Shown here: positions 38,737-51,445 of the stretch, piece by piece
Position numbering within the stretch: position 1 is the stretch's first letter
Layout: every line of letters starts with the position of its first letter
From: Carpediemonas membranifera BICM
Lineage: Eukaryota > Protista > Fornicata
Direction: 5' to 3'
Assembly: GCA_019828565.1 (NCBI GenBank)
Contig: JAHDYR010000030.1
Location: forward strand, 112,484-176,483
Length of the DNA: 64,000 nt
The notes under the pieces: generated by a model
Databases searched by the model: none
Told to the model about the DNA's origin: nothing
The model's input: only the letters and a program-made list of their open reading frames with translations
Program-made: the position numbers and the translations under genes

Positions 38737-41678
38737 TCACGTCTGCCCGCTCCCGACCCGTGCGAGCAGTCTGTCAGCAATCTTGGTCGTCGTGGCGGCA
38801 GTCTCCGGGCGCGTCTTGGCCGTCCTGGGCCTCATCCGCATCGAGGGCGAGGGTGAGAGCATGGCGCTGCCCGGACTCCTGGTGCTGGGGTTGGCCAGCC
38901 CGTGGACGCTCCTCTTGAGATGGCGGACCTCGGACTTGAGGTCGAGGATGATTTCACTACTCTTCTTTCGCTCGATCGAGAGCTTGTCGAGCTGCTCTTC
39001 CAGTGTCTTGATCTTGTGCTCATACTTGACCTGCTGCTGGTTGAACTTCCGGTCGAGGTCAAACTTCATCTTGTTCAGCATCTCTGCGGACTTGATGCGA
39101 GGATCGTCGGTGCCCTCGCGCCGGAGCTTCTCCAGCTGCGCGTCGGCGGTGCGAAGGTCTCTCTTCGTTTCCCTGTGGGCCTTCTGCTCCTCAGACAGCG
39201 CCCGTTCGAAGGCGATGACCTTGTTCCTCATCGAAGAGAGCTCGTCCCTCAGCTTGTCTCTCTCCTGCCTCATCTGCATCGTCTGCACGTGGTTGTGCTC
39301 CTCGTCGGCCTTGTTCCGCTTCGACTCTGCCTGGATCTGGAGAATCTTGTCCTCGAGCACGGCAATGTCGTCCTCGTTGCCGGCAATGGTCGCCCTGAGC
39401 TGCATCACGGTCTCCTCGCTCTCTCTCAGCTGCCGGGCCGCCTCGAGAAGGTCGTGGTCGAGGTTCTCAGCAGCATTGGCCTCCGCGGCGGCAGAGGCGT
39501 TGACGACCTCGGCCTCGAGCTCGGTGATGCGCTCGCGTGCCTGCTCAGAGAGCGCGTCCATCTGCCTGATCTGTTGGTCGAGCTGGTCGACGGTCTCGAC
39601 GGCGTGGTTCTTCTCGGCCTCGGTCTCAGCGAGCTTCGTCTTGAGGCCACTGACAGTCGTCTGGGCGAAGGTCAGCAGGCGGGTCGTCTCCTGCACCTTC
39701 TCCCTCAGCTCTGCCAGCTGGGACTCGCTGCCAGCCCCCTCTGCAGCGTCCTGCTCGAGCGTCTTGCATCTTTCCTCGAGGACCTTGACCCTGTTGTCGA
39801 GCTCCGTCTTCCTCAGGAGATACTCATCAAGGGCCACCTGTCTGGAGTTCGCAGCCTCCTCCTTGACCCTGACCATCTCCTTCTCGGACTCGGCCAAGGC
39901 TGCCGTGAGCTGCTCGATCTTGGTCTCGAGCCCGCCGACCTTGTTGGTCGCCCGATCTTGGCCATCCGCCGCAGCAGCGATCTGGGCCTTCAGCTGGGCG
40001 ATCTCGTCGTCCTTGGCGGACTGCGCGGCCTCGGCCTCAGAGATCTGGCCGAGTGTCGCCTCAAGCTTGTCCGTGATCTGCTCGACTGTGTCCATCGCAG
40101 CCTGGTTGTCCTCGACGAGCCGGGCAACGTCCTCCTCCCTGCTGGCGATGGACTCGGCCAGGGCGTTGGTCTTGGCCTCCAGGGCCTCAGCAAGCTTCTG
40201 CATCTCGAGCTCCTGAGCAGCGATGGTGGCGCGGGCCTCGGTCAGCTCGGCCTGAAGGGTGGCGGCAAGGTCGCCGCTGGATGCCGAGGACGACGCCATC
40301 GCGTCCAGGCTGGCCTTGGCAGTGGACGCCTCGACCTTCATCTCCTCCAACTGGGCGGTGAGGCTCTCGATCTCGGCCCCGGCAGTTGCAAGGCGCGTCT
40401 TCTTGTCAGTGAGCTTGGCCCCAACTGTCTCTAGGGCCTCGGCGTGGGCTGTTTCGGACGCCTCCATCTCCTCCATCGTCGTCATCAGGTCGGCGCTCAA
40501 CTCATCCCGCTCCTGCTCGACCATAGCCTTGGCCTGCTCCAGCTCAGCGAGCTTGGTCTTGACGTCCTCAAGCTCAGCCTTGGCGCCATCCCGGTCGAGC
40601 GAGCACTGCTCAAGATCGGTCTTAAACTGCGACAACTCAGACGACTGTGCCGTCGAGTCAGAGTTGACCGAGTCCAGCGTGCTACGGAGGGCCTCGAGCT
40701 CGGCAGCCGTGCTCTCGAGTCGTGTTTCCGCGGACTTCTTGCCCTCCTCGGCCATTGCAAGAGAGACCCGGATCTCACCCAGCTGGGTCTCGGTCTCCTT
40801 CTCACGGTCGACAGCAGCCTTTCTCTCGTCCTCAGCGGCAGCGGCGGCCTCCTTGGCGTCAGTGAGGGAGGCCTGGAGGCGCTCGATCTCGGCGTGCAGC
40901 TGGATGACCTCCTCGGGGTCCATAGCGGTCGCAGGCTCGGTCTCGGTCTCGGTCTCAGGCACGGGTGTCTCAGGGGCGGGTTCTTCCGCGGGCTCGTCAA
41001 CAAACTCCTCGACTGAGACCTGCTCTGGGGCGGGCGACGGCTCCCCGAGCTCAGCTTCAGGCTCGGGCTCCTCCTTGGGGGACTCCACGGGCTCCTCTGG
41101 GATGGGCTCAGGGGACACGGGCCCGGCCAGAGTTGGTGCTTTGACAGTGATGGGGGTCCCCTGGTCTTTCTCGACCTCCTTGAGGTACGCCACTGCGCCA
41201 GAGAACTGGGCGTCCGTGAACTGCACGTCGACGTTGTGACGAAGCTCAGGAGTGTTGAACTTGTCGTGGGCCTGGTTGGCGAACTCGATCAAGACGTTGA
41301 CAACCTTGGGGAAGTTCTTCTTCTCGTAGAGGTCAAGGGGCTCGAAAAGTTGGTCCTTGGGGACGATCTCAGCTGCTACAGTGAGGAACTGGGTGATGTT
41401 CTCCATCTGGACGTAGGCGAACTTGCTGGGGTTAGGCGCGCACGAACCGGGCTTGATAACGTTTCCTACACGGCAAAGCATCTGCCCAGTGAGGCTCTTT
41501 GTTAGATCCTCGTCAATGTTTTCGTCTTCAGGAAACAGATCGCAGAGCCAGCGGTGAAGGGCGCTCATGTTGAGAAGATAAGCCTGGGCGAGCATTTCCA
41601 TGCGTCCTGCGTCAGAGATCTAGTTTAAGGTTACAAACCGATCGTCGCTGCGTTCTTCTTATTGCGTTTCCTCGCCAT
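38737..41678 (-). CDS. Calponin-homology domain + long coiled-coil cytoskeletal protein (intron 41607-41638)
   Basis: QMENITQFL..LFEPLDLYEKKNFPKVVNVL calponin/transgelin-type CH domain; upstream exon MARKRNKKNAATI joins in frame via a 32-nt GTTTGT..GCAG intron; AGTAAA on the minus strand after the stop. Confidence 0.85.
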
Positions 41679-41968
41679 TTCTGTCTATTTCTCGGTCGTG
41701 TTCTTCGTGGAGAAGTCGTGCAGTTTTTGCTCAGAACGCATGGGAAACAGAGTGAATTGACCCCCTAGCGTCCAGTACTAGGGTTCACCCTAGCTTCCAG
41801 CGGATTTCCCCAATTCCAGCATTTATTGGTCAAATCTGACAATTCATTATTCCACAAAGGGTCACTCCCCATCTGCCCGAACCGTGCCCTAGCCAGCAGT
41901 GGGAGCCTCGTTACAGTTGAGCCCGACGATGTTGGTTCGCAGTATATCCATCAACAACACCAACCGAC

Positions 41969-42751
41969 ATGTACCAATGCCCTGTATGCATGAATGACGA
42001 GAGGAGCAGGTCATCGCCACTAGTATCAACGGCGTGTGGCCATGTTTTCTGCCACGCGTGCATTGTAGAGTGGCTCCGAGCCCAAGGGACATGTCCCTGC
42101 TGCCGAGAGCCAGTGCAGATGGACGATTTGTCCCCCATATTCCTCCAACAGCAGCAGAACGCTGCTGAGCGTCTCTCCTTCACTACACCGGACCACGCTG
42201 CAGACCTGGACATCCTGGTTGCCAAGCTCGAGGGCGGCCAACCCCTCACAGAAGCCGACCTGCCTGCATTAACCGGTCTCAGAGACTCACTGGCCAGTAT
42301 TGAGATGACAGGCGTGGCCCAAGCCCACGAGGACAGGGACAAGGCCATTCGCCAGTCAGTGTCCGTCCAGAACGACATGAGAAGCCTCATGTCCAGCCTC
42401 TCAGACGAGAGTAAGAACAGACTGGCGCTGCTCAAGGATCATGTGGGGCTACAGCAGTCTTTCCTCGATGCTGAGAAGCGAGTGTTCGGACTCGAGCAGC
42501 AGCTGCTGTCGGAGAAGAGGGACATCCTCCTTTTAATGAAAGAGAACCTCACCCTCAGAGAACTCGCCAAGCAGGCTAAGGCAGAAAAGGGCGAGCTGGA
42601 GGAGCAGCTGCGTGGTATGACTGGGCGGCTTGAGGCAGCAAAGAAGGAGCAGATCGGAATCGTCACACGGAAACTCAGCGAGCTCAACATGGTGGAGGAG
42701 AGGATGAACGCCCTCATCAACAGGCTGGGGTCTCGGGACGGCAGCAGCTGA
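41969..42751 (+). CDS. N-terminal RING finger + coiled-coil E3 ligase (TRAIP/RNF4-like architecture)
   Basis: CPVC...CGHVFCHACI..W...CPCCR followed by coiled coil. Confidence 0.8.
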   Translation: MYQCPVCMNDERSRSSPLVSTACGHVFCHACIVEWLRAQGTCPCCREPVQMDDLSPIFLQQQQNAAERLSFTTPDHAADLDILVAKLEGGQPLTEADLPALTGLRDSLASIEMTGVAQAHEDRDKAIRQSVSVQNDMRSLMSSLSDESKNRLALLKDHVGLQQSFLDAEKRVFGLEQQLLSEKRDILLLMKENLTLRELAKQAKAEKGELEEQLRGMTGRLEAAKKEQIGIVTRKLSELNMVEERMNALINRLGSRDGSS

Positions 42752-42931
42752 GGTGACGGGCGTCCACGGTTGTCTCAAAAGTGATCCGTCGGTCGGTCGT
42801 CACCGATGTAGACTGTAAATGTGTACCAGTGAGACGGGATTACAGTGCTTTATAGACGCTCATTTTCCTTGGATCGGCTGAACCGGCCGTTTTGATTCTC
42901 CCGCAGTTTAAGGTTAAGGCGAGACCAAACA

Positions 42932-45900
42932 ATGAGCCAGGAACTCTCTGTTTACGACTACTTCGATTCCGAGCCGAATGTTGGTATTCTTGAAGGTCAC
43001 CAGAGCGTTCTGATCCTCGTCGAGAAGAAGCATCCTCTTCTGAAGGCCCCTAAGCGTCCGAAACACGTCGTAGTCTCCGACGATCCTACTCTTGGCATCA
43101 TGATGCGCTTTACTGGCAAGCTTATCGTGACTACCGATGCTTTCCTCAAAGGTACGCGCCTTTCTCCCGCTCCCCTCACCCAGTGCTCTCCCCCGCTGTC
43201 ATGGCCAACATGCAGATGTTCGAGAAGGTCAAGACCATCGTCACCGCTTCCTCTGAGCCCGTGGAAGACGATGAGCCCGAAACTGAGGACGACGCGGACT
43301 TCTTTGACGACAAGTCCGTTTCCCGCCCCTGCGATCGCGTTGAAGGCACCTTCGACGAGCTCGCCCGCTGTGCCAAGAACATCGACGTCATCCGCAGCCG
43401 TCTGATCGCCCTGCCCGTCTCTGCCATCCTCGAGCACGCCCTTCAGTGCCGCATGGAGACGCTACCCGAGGCCCCCATGGACAAGAGGTTTAAGGCAATG
43501 CAGCACAACAGCATCAACAACGTGTTCAAGGGCCTTGCTAACTCCACGATCGGCGCTGTTGGTAAGAACGTCATTGACAACCGCAAGTTCGCCATCAAGG
43601 GCGTCCAAGTCGATCGGACACGGATGTCCAGAGAACGCCAGAGACGCGAGGAGGACATCTCCAGCGCCTGCATCGGCATTGTCGACGACCACGCGGTCAA
43701 CCCTGCTGTCAACGACGGTAACCGCGACTTTGTATCCGTCTCGACACGCTTCACACTTCCCAAGAACCAGCTGCGGGTGTCCTCCCGCCACACCTCCTTC
43801 GTGCTCGTCCGGGTCGACGATTACAACCCTCAGACGGGCGAGGCGACCCTCCCCAAGCGCCTGAGGCCCATGTGGAACACGAAGTTTACTAGACTCGGAT
43901 ACACGGAGAAGATGCGCCAACTCATGGACGCCATCGCCGCAATGGAGCGTTCCGACCCCGGCAGCGTCCGTTTCGGCCAGTCCGTGCCCCAAGACAGTGA
44001 GGACAGCGACGAGGCGGCCATCTTCCTCAACTCAAGCTCGCTCCCCATCAACGCCGTGGATATCTCAGTCCACCAGGCTATCGTGCCCGCTGGAGCCGAC
44101 CTGGCCAAGTTCGACGACCACAGCACGCACCCCCTGAAGTTCAAGGAGGCGTGGATGATCATCCCCATATTCATGGCCCTCACCGACCTCATGGAAGTTG
44201 TCCGTCTCGGGAAGCCCGACATCGTCGCCCCCTTTAAGGCTGACTACCTCGGCAAGGACCGTGAGAACTACCCCGACGTCAAGCTGCCCCCCCGCTCAAT
44301 CCCTGCCGAACCCGTCGACAGTATCAAGGCCATGTTCGCCAACGCCTTCCCTCAGCCCAACACCGAGCAGCTCCTCGCGGCCAGCAGGGCCGGTATGCAG
44401 GGCATTTCTGTCGTATCCGGCGGTGCGGCGACCGGCAAGCCCCGCGCTGTGCTCTCGATGGTCAGCAAGCTCCTGGCAGACACAAAGGCCAAGCAGGACC
44501 GCGTCCTCGTCCTCGGCCCCAACATGGCAGCCATCAAGGAGCTCCTCGACGAGTTGTTCAACGCCCCCCTCCGTAACCCCCAGGGCGATGTCCTCCGCGT
44601 CGGTGCCGACTACAGCCTTAGCCTGCTCGGTCGGGCGACAGCGATCGACACCTCCCACGCCTACTCCTGCCGCTCCTCTGTGGAGTACCGCCGGCTCGTC
44701 CTCTCTATGCTCCAGGGTATGAACAGTGGCCGCATGCCCAGGGGCGACTCCTCTTTCATCCTGGGCTCACCGCCGCCTCTTTCCGTCTTCATGGAGGCCA
44801 ACAGGAAGGAGAAGGTCGATGAGATCATATCCCTTGGCCGCCGTGCTGCACTTGTCACTGACTGGTATCCTAGCATGCCCGACGAGGTCAAGGCATCCCA
44901 TGAGGTGCAGCACAGAGTTGTCTGCGTCCTTCTCGATCTCATGAAGTCATTCTGGCAGAACGCTGATGCCGTCATCCGGTCTATTCCGGTGTCAGATTTC
45001 ACCATCGCCCACGGTGTATGGCCGTCGTCGGGCGGCATCAAGTTCGCCACGAGCATCGCCAACACGTGCCACCGGTACGCTGACCTATTCGGCCAAGCCT
45101 CGTACCTCATCTCAGACGGCGGTAAGACGCCGCTTTTCGCACTCTCCAAGCTCGCCCAGGCCCTGGCCGAGTCCGACGCCATGAACATGAGAGCGTGGTC
45201 CAGCCGCCTCAGCCCGATGAGGATCAAGCAGGTGCTGTCTGACGGCGCCGACCTCGTTCTGAGCACGCCATCCATGGGCCTCAGTCCCCAGGCACTCAGA
45301 GCGATGAACGTGCGCCACGTCATCGTGCTCAGAGCCGAGCTCTTCACGGAGACGTCCATCCTCACGCTCCTCGACGCCCGGGCTCATCGGCCCAAGCGTT
45401 CTGAGCGGAACGCCACGCCTCTCAGCAGCGTGACCCTCGTCGGCGACAAGACCATGGCGGCCCGCAACCCCTTCATCCCGGACATCCTGACCAGAGCCGT
45501 CTGGGCGGACACACCCGTCACCTTCCTTAACCTGCAGTACAGGATGACGCCCATGATCGCTGACCTGCTCAACTCTACCGTCTACCGCAAGACGCCGCTG
45601 CACTCTGACCTCGCATACACTGTGAACAACAGCGTCAGAGAGGAGATCGCAAAGAACATGAAGACGAACTGGCCCCAGGGGCTCGGGCCCCACACCTTCC
45701 CCGGTGTCATCTGCCTCAACGTGCCCCGCTCCGAGGGCGCTGAGGAGCACGTCATCGGCAAGACGTACTGCCGCAAGGCCGAGCTGCCCCCCACGCTCGA
45801 CCTCGTCAAGTGGTACTTCGCCATGAGCCCCAACAACAGCACCGTGTGCGTCTGGACACCGCACACCGCTCAGGCTGACGACATCAGGGACGCCATCGGC

Positions 45901-46326
45901 AGCAACGCCGAGTTCGAGGCCATCCCCGACGCCGGAAACCGTATCACCGTGCTCTCGGGCAACGAGATCTTCACCAGGGGCGGCGTCTTTGATTTCATGG
46001 TGATGTCTATGGTCCGGTCCAACGACAAGCTCCAGCACGACGGCAGCATGACCACCCCCGCCAGAGTGTCGGCACTCACCAGTGCCAGGAACGGTGTGGC
46101 TTTTGTCATGGACACTGAGACGTTCAGGGGCGACCAGAGCGGTATCATGCAGTATCTCAAGACCAATGGGCTCATCTTTAGATACAAGACCGACCTGCCC
46201 AAGGATGGGCTTCCCTCCGCTAAGAAGTGGATGGCGAGCGGTGCTGGTGACCTCGGGCTGTTTGACGGTGACGTCGATGAGTTTGACCTCGAGGACAACA
46301 ACGTCGGCTTCGAAGACTTCTTCTAA
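42932..46326 (+). CDS. Divergent UPF1/DNA2/NAM7-like SF1B helicase-fold protein (intron 43152-43183)
   Basis: Q-motif NTEQ, VVSGGAATGKP, RVLVLGPN, LVGD, LNLQYRM, WTPHTAQ, VMSMVRSN, ALTSAR; 32-nt GTACGC..CCAG intron links exon 1 in frame. Confidence 0.75.
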
Positions 46327-46411
46327 GCCGGCTACTGTTCAATGTGGGTTGTAAATGATTGAAAATAACATGTTTACGTGTCTGAGTAATCTGATATGTA
46401 CACCATAACTC

Positions 46412-49400
46412 TCACCGGCTTCCCCTTGTCGCCGGCCACGAGCTTAGCGGCGTCCGGTCAGCTGCTGGAGCTGACATCAGCGGACTGTTCACCGTCGTTG
46501 CAAACATCGCCGCCGCCTCTCTCACGGAGGCGGGCATGCCCTTGACAGTGTCCAGGAGGGAGTCGGTGACGGTCTTAGGGGTCTCAGCGGGAGTCTGGTA
46601 TCGACTCTTGGTCATGTTCCGTCGTCTCGGGGCAGTAAGAGGCTTAGGCCGGTGGATCTCAGGCATATTATCGTCCTCCGGGTCAGAGCCGAAGTCGGAG
46701 TCGAGCTTCATGGCCAGCAGTTTAGCCTTGAGTTCGGGCGACTCGTGGAAGTTGGCAAGAGCAGCCTCGACGTTCCTCTCGCTTTGGGCCTGCTGGGCGG
46801 TCCTGTCAGGCACGAACTGCCAAGGGATACGCTGGGTCAAGTCCGGCGCCTGGAGGGTGGGAGGCTTCTTGGCCTGTCTCAGTTGGGCATCAACTCCTGT
46901 GAGGGCGAATACGTTCTTCAGGTTGTTCGCTCCATTCACCGGAGCAACCTGGTCGAGAGTCTTGGCCGCACTCTCGAGCACCTCCTCGTCGACCGCCTCG
47001 CCATTCATAGCGGCGCTGACAGTGGCCTGCGCCGCGTCTCTCGCTTGCTTTGTCGTCTCCTCGGTCTTGTCCGACTTCCTCCCCAGCGTCGTCAGTACCA
47101 CGGCCCGCCTCAGCGCGGCCTTGCGCTTCTTCCTCTTCTCCTGGTCCGCGGTGATCCTTGTTACGATCTCCTGGTGTCTCCGCTCGGCCTCTGCCTCGTG
47201 GTCGAGCAGGGCAAGTCGGTCAGGGGTCACGCCCTGCTGCAGGGCTGCCAGTAGCTGCCCGTCTCTGGTCCACACCAGGGCGTTGCCGTCGAGGGAGGCC
47301 GTCACCAGCGATGGCGGGGCAGGGATCATGCTGACACTCACTGCGGCGTCGTTGTGCCCCTTCCACCGCCTCTTGACGCTGATCAGGTTGGTCCTGCCGC
47401 CCGGCACCCTGCTCATCAGCTCCTTCCCGGGGAAACTCGCCTTCAGCGGAGGATGTGTCTGCCGGTCGAGGCGAGAGTATCCGACGGGGCTCAGGCCGAG
47501 GTCCTCGAAGAAGGCGAGGAGGTCGTACGCCGTGATGCACCCCTCGTCATCGACTGTGAACAGCAGCCGGTCATCAGGCTCGAAGGCCGCGGACAGCACG
47601 CACGAGAGCCTGTGCCCCTCGCCCGCCCCCTCCAGCATGAGGGAGAAGGGCGTGTTGGCCCTCGTCCTCTTGGTGAGTCGGCTCTGTGACCGGCGTCTGA
47701 CGCCTGCGGGCGAGTCCATCGCCATCCTCTTGAGCATGGCTGACTGGCGATCCTCGTTAGGGTCCTCTGGCAGCAGGTTGCACGCCATCTCGGGTCTACC
47801 GTGCTTGAAACATGCCAGCAGCTGCAGTGCAATGGGACAGGGCCGCATGGACCAGAGACAGATGTAGCCGACTGAGTCAAAGGTCGCCAGGACGGGGTAG
47901 GGATCTAGGAATGTGCAGGCGGTGATGTCACTGTGCAGGGAGTCGAGGTGGTGGACAACGCCCTCTAAGCTGCCCGCCTCGAGGTCGGTCACCTTGATGA
48001 ACCCAGTGCTGTCGCCGGACACGAGGAGAGAGACGTTGGTAGTGACCGCCACTGCTGTAACCTCGGCCACCGGGCGGTCCGGGATGGAGGGGACCACCGT
48101 GTCAAGCCGCCTTACGATGCTGTTCGCCCCGTCGGTCGAGTCGTCGTCATAAATGTGGACGGTCCCATCCCATGATGACGAGATCACCCACACGCGGCGA
48201 CCAAGGTCTGTTCTCAGCTCGGCATAGTGTATAGAGCTGACCTCGGCGCCGTGCTTGGGGGTGAACTCCTTCATGAATGCTCCCGTGTTGAAGTTGTACA
48301 CGGACACACGCCCGCTGCCGTCGCCCAGGATAATCTTCCGCTCCCTCTCGTCCAAGCAGAGGCAGTTGAGTGGTGTTCCGTGGTCCAGCGTCCTATGTTG
48401 AACACCGCCCGCCCCGTCCCAGAACTTCACACGCTGACCCGACCAGGCGCACATGGAGGTCGCAACGGTGCTGTAGAGAGCGCCTGAGACGCCTCGGGAG
48501 TCTGCCCGCCACGGGTCGGCGGTCGAGTCGCTCGTGAGCGTCATCAGTCCACGTGTGGTCGCGAGTACGATACGGTACTGACCGCTGATGAATGTCGCGT
48601 GCAACACAGTGGTTCCAGCGGGCAAGTGCAGTGTCTGTACAACTTCTGACTGCACGGTGTCCCAGATCTTGACGACTCCCTTCGAGTCGAATGTCGCGAT
48701 CTGTCTGGTGCTGAGCGACAGGCTATGCGTGACACTGTTGTGGTGTCCATTTGTCTGCAGGCTGCTCGGCTTGACCCCCGTCCCTTGGTTGAGGTCCCAC
48801 ACCCTCGGCTTGGGGTCATTGCCCGTGGACACGAGCACGCCTGGTCTGTGGGTGATCACCGACGTGATTCCTCTCGCATGGTGTGAAGAGAGGCGCTGCA
48901 TGGGCTCAGGCCCCATGAAGGCGTCCGCGAGGGTGGGGATGTGGGACGTCCGAGAGTTGTTCTTCGTGAGGTTGTGTAGATGGCCGGCGATGACGTTGGC
49001 CGTGCCAGCCGCGCTCCCAGTCACTGCACACTGTAGTGTTGGCAGCCACGTGATGCAGGTGATGGGGAGCTGGTGGTACTGCTTCAGGTACACACACTCG
49101 AAGTGCACCGAGCATATGAACTTCTGGAACACCGGGGGCAGGTTCTCTTTGAAATATGGGACATGAGCCTCGGGGACTGGACCCTCCGCTAGTTTGAAGC
49201 AGTAGAGGAAGCCCTCTGCCGTGCCGACATACAGTGTGGCGGGCGAGGAGACCCAGCAGGCCGTGACAGGTGTGTGGGCGAGGTAGAAGGCGGACTCAAA
49301 GGAGTATGTGTCCCTTGACCATATCACCATCGAATGATCGTCGGCCCCGATCGTGATGATGCATCGCTCGGGGTGGGCCACCTCTGCAAACACGATACGG

Positions 49401-49855
49401 CCTTTGTGGCCCGCAAGGGTGCGGAGATTAGTGTAATCCTTTGCTGATAGAACGCGGATGACGTCGTCGTCGACCACGAGGAGCTTCTCGACATCCTGCA
49501 GGTAGTGTACGTATGAGATCCTGCCCTGTGGTGCGAGCCGAGGGGTGTCATGCATCATTTCACCCAGGAGCTTGCCAACATCGCTCTTGCTCACAGCAGC
49601 CTCTTCAATAATGAACGACATGAATTCGTCCCATTCCATCTCACCGTCACCGTTGACGTCGATCTCTTCAAACATCTCGCACAGGTTTCCCACAGTGGCA
49701 CGGAGGTGTTCGGCGTCGCATAGGGGCGATGGCATGAAATGAAGCATCACGTGGACAAATTCGGTCATACTCATGTCTCTGTGCTCAAATTCTTGCCGTA
49801 ATTGATCTAGAACGCCGGCATCGAGTGCCACCATTGGATCTAGGTCGATAGCCAT
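46412..49855 (-). CDS. EF-hand + WD40-repeat protein (WDR49/WDR64/EFCAB8-like, ciliary)
   Basis: FEEIDVNGDGEMEWDEFMSFI EF-hand followed by many GH..W(D) repeats. Confidence 0.85.
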   Translation of the reverse strand: MAIDLDPMVALDAGVLDQLRQEFEHRDMSMTEFVHVMLHFMPSPLCDAEHLRATVGNLCEMFEEIDVNGDGEMEWDEFMSFIIEEAAVSKSDVGKLLGEMMHDTPRLAPQGRISYVHYLQDVEKLLVVDDDVIRVLSAKDYTNLRTLAGHKGRIVFAEVAHPERCIITIGADDHSMVIWSRDTYSFESAFYLAHTPVTACWVSSPATLYVGTAEGFLYCFKLAEGPVPEAHVPYFKENLPPVFQKFICSVHFECVYLKQYHQLPITCITWLPTLQCAVTGSAAGTANVIAGHLHNLTKNNSRTSHIPTLADAFMGPEPMQRLSSHHARGITSVITHRPGVLVSTGNDPKPRVWDLNQGTGVKPSSLQTNGHHNSVTHSLSLSTRQIATFDSKGVVKIWDTVQSEVVQTLHLPAGTTVLHATFISGQYRIVLATTRGLMTLTSDSTADPWRADSRGVSGALYSTVATSMCAWSGQRVKFWDGAGGVQHRTLDHGTPLNCLCLDERERKIILGDGSGRVSVYNFNTGAFMKEFTPKHGAEVSSIHYAELRTDLGRRVWVISSSWDGTVHIYDDDSTDGANSIVRRLDTVVPSIPDRPVAEVTAVAVTTNVSLLVSGDSTGFIKVTDLEAGSLEGVVHHLDSLHSDITACTFLDPYPVLATFDSVGYICLWSMRPCPIALQLLACFKHGRPEMACNLLPEDPNEDRQSAMLKRMAMDSPAGVRRRSQSRLTKRTRANTPFSLMLEGAGEGHRLSCVLSAAFEPDDRLLFTVDDEGCITAYDLLAFFEDLGLSPVGYSRLDRQTHPPLKASFPGKELMSRVPGGRTNLISVKRRWKGHNDAAVSVSMIPAPPSLVTASLDGNALVWTRDGQLLAALQQGVTPDRLALLDHEAEAERRHQEIVTRITADQEKRKKRKAALRRAVVLTTLGRKSDKTEETTKQARDAAQATVSAAMNGEAVDEEVLESAAKTLDQVAPVNGANNLKNVFALTGVDAQLRQAKKPPTLQAPDLTQRIPWQFVPDRTAQQAQSERNVEAALANFHESPELKAKLLAMKLDSDFGSDPEDDNMPEIHRPKPLTAPRRRNMTKSRYQTPAETPKTVTDSLLDTVKGMPASVREAAAMFATTVNSPLMSAPAADRTPLSSWPATRGSR

Positions 49856-50034
49856 GCGGTGTGTTGTGATGTGCAGAATAGTGTCTGCCCAAAAATCGTC
49901 CCAACTCCGCCCCTACAGCACGTCCTACATGGCTCTAGCCCCATACCATTCCCAATTCTGCCCCTACAGCTGCGATACTTACCGGTCCCCGAGATTCGTA
50001 TCATCGAGAAGTCATCCGAACCTGTTCCATCGGA

Positions 50035-51391
50035 CATGGCAGAGTGCCGCAAACACGGGTCAGAACCACAAGATAACGACAGTAACAGTCTCCTGGCACA
50101 CGATGAGGCCATTCACAAATCCGCTCCCATGAAACAGCATAGTGACGACAAATACCGCCTTCTAGGCCGCCTCGAGTTCTTTCATGAGCATCCAACGATC
50201 ACATACATGTACAACTTCCTCTGGTTCTTTATTCTCGGCACCTTAAACAACTTCGGATACAGCATCGTCCTTGCCGCCGCCCGAAGCGTCGCCGAGGACT
50301 TCAACCAGCTCAACATGCTCGGCTTCGTCCCCTGGGCTAACGTAGGAGTCGGTCTCCTCGTCCGCCCGCTCAACGTGGCCATGGAACGGGTCCCGTTTAC
50401 TGCCCGCTTCCTCCTCAACGCCATCCTGATGTTCCTAGGGCCCTCACTGCTCGCCTTATCTATATGGACGGACATCACGTTCGTATTCTGCATTCTGTCC
50501 ATCCTCGTTGTCGGCGCCTCTTCTTCTTTCGGCGAGAGCGTCCTGCTCACTTACATGCGGCTGTACGACGCTCGTAGTGTCAACGGATGGTCGAGCGGCA
50601 CTGGAATGGCCGGTGTGTCCTCCGCTCTGGCCTACCTCGTCGCCACGTGGCTTGAAATCCCTGATCAGCTGACCTTCGTCGTCATTGCCTTCCTCGCTGG
50701 CATATACGTCCTCTCTTTCGCCCTCCTCGTCCGCCCCCGCCCCTGCCCCCGCAGGGCAGACTCAGACCCCGAGGAGGCCGTTGAGCCTTTCTCTGAGGAC
50801 GTCCTCGACGGACTCACCCCAGACGCCGTCGAGCAGGCCGACCCCACCCCCGCCGTGCCCGTCATCGACAGAGTCATCGCATACGCCCACAAGCTCTGGG
50901 TATGCACCAAGCATGCCTCGTGGAATGGCGGGCTGCTCGCGGCCGTCTACTTCTTCGAGTACGTGTCTCTGACTGGGTGTGCGGCCAAGGCCCAGCCGGC
51001 GGACGACGGCAGCGCCAAGACCAAGTACGTCGTGCTCCAGCTGTCGTATCAGATTGGAGTCTTCCTCTCGCGGTCATCGCTGTTGTTGTTTAAGATCAGA
51101 TACGTATGGATCCTAGCAGCAATGCAGGCGGTGAACTTTGCTGCATGGCAGCTCCAGGCGTATACCAAGATCGTTCCATTCGCCATACAGATCCCGGCGA
51201 TGTTCTACGTCGGTCTGCTGGGCGGTGCGATGTATGTGAACGTGCTTTACTTCACCATGGCCGACGCGAGGATCAGTAAGAACCACATGGAACTCACCAT
51301 CAACCTCATTACTATATTCATATGCCTCGGAATCACTGCCAGCTCAATCTACGACCTGGTGATCGACCACACGTTCCTGGCTGACAAGTAG
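50035..51391 (+). CDS. CLN3: Battenin / CLN3 (BTN1) family lysosomal transporter
   Basis: FILGTLNNFGY..LAAA, WSSGTGMAG, YFFEY, YQIGVFLSRSS, GLLGGAMYVN motifs. Confidence 0.9.
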
Positions 51392-51445
51392 AGCCTAGTG
51401 AGATGTAATAAAGCCCGGTAGAATCTTAGCGAGTTTACAATACAT

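Noticed and set aside
38737-41678. Possible Ndc80/Nuf2 kinetochore homolog (CH + coiled coil)
   Set aside because: The CH domain has calponin/transgelin-type motifs (MENI..FL, LFEP.DLYEKKN..KVV), not Ndc80/Nuf2-type
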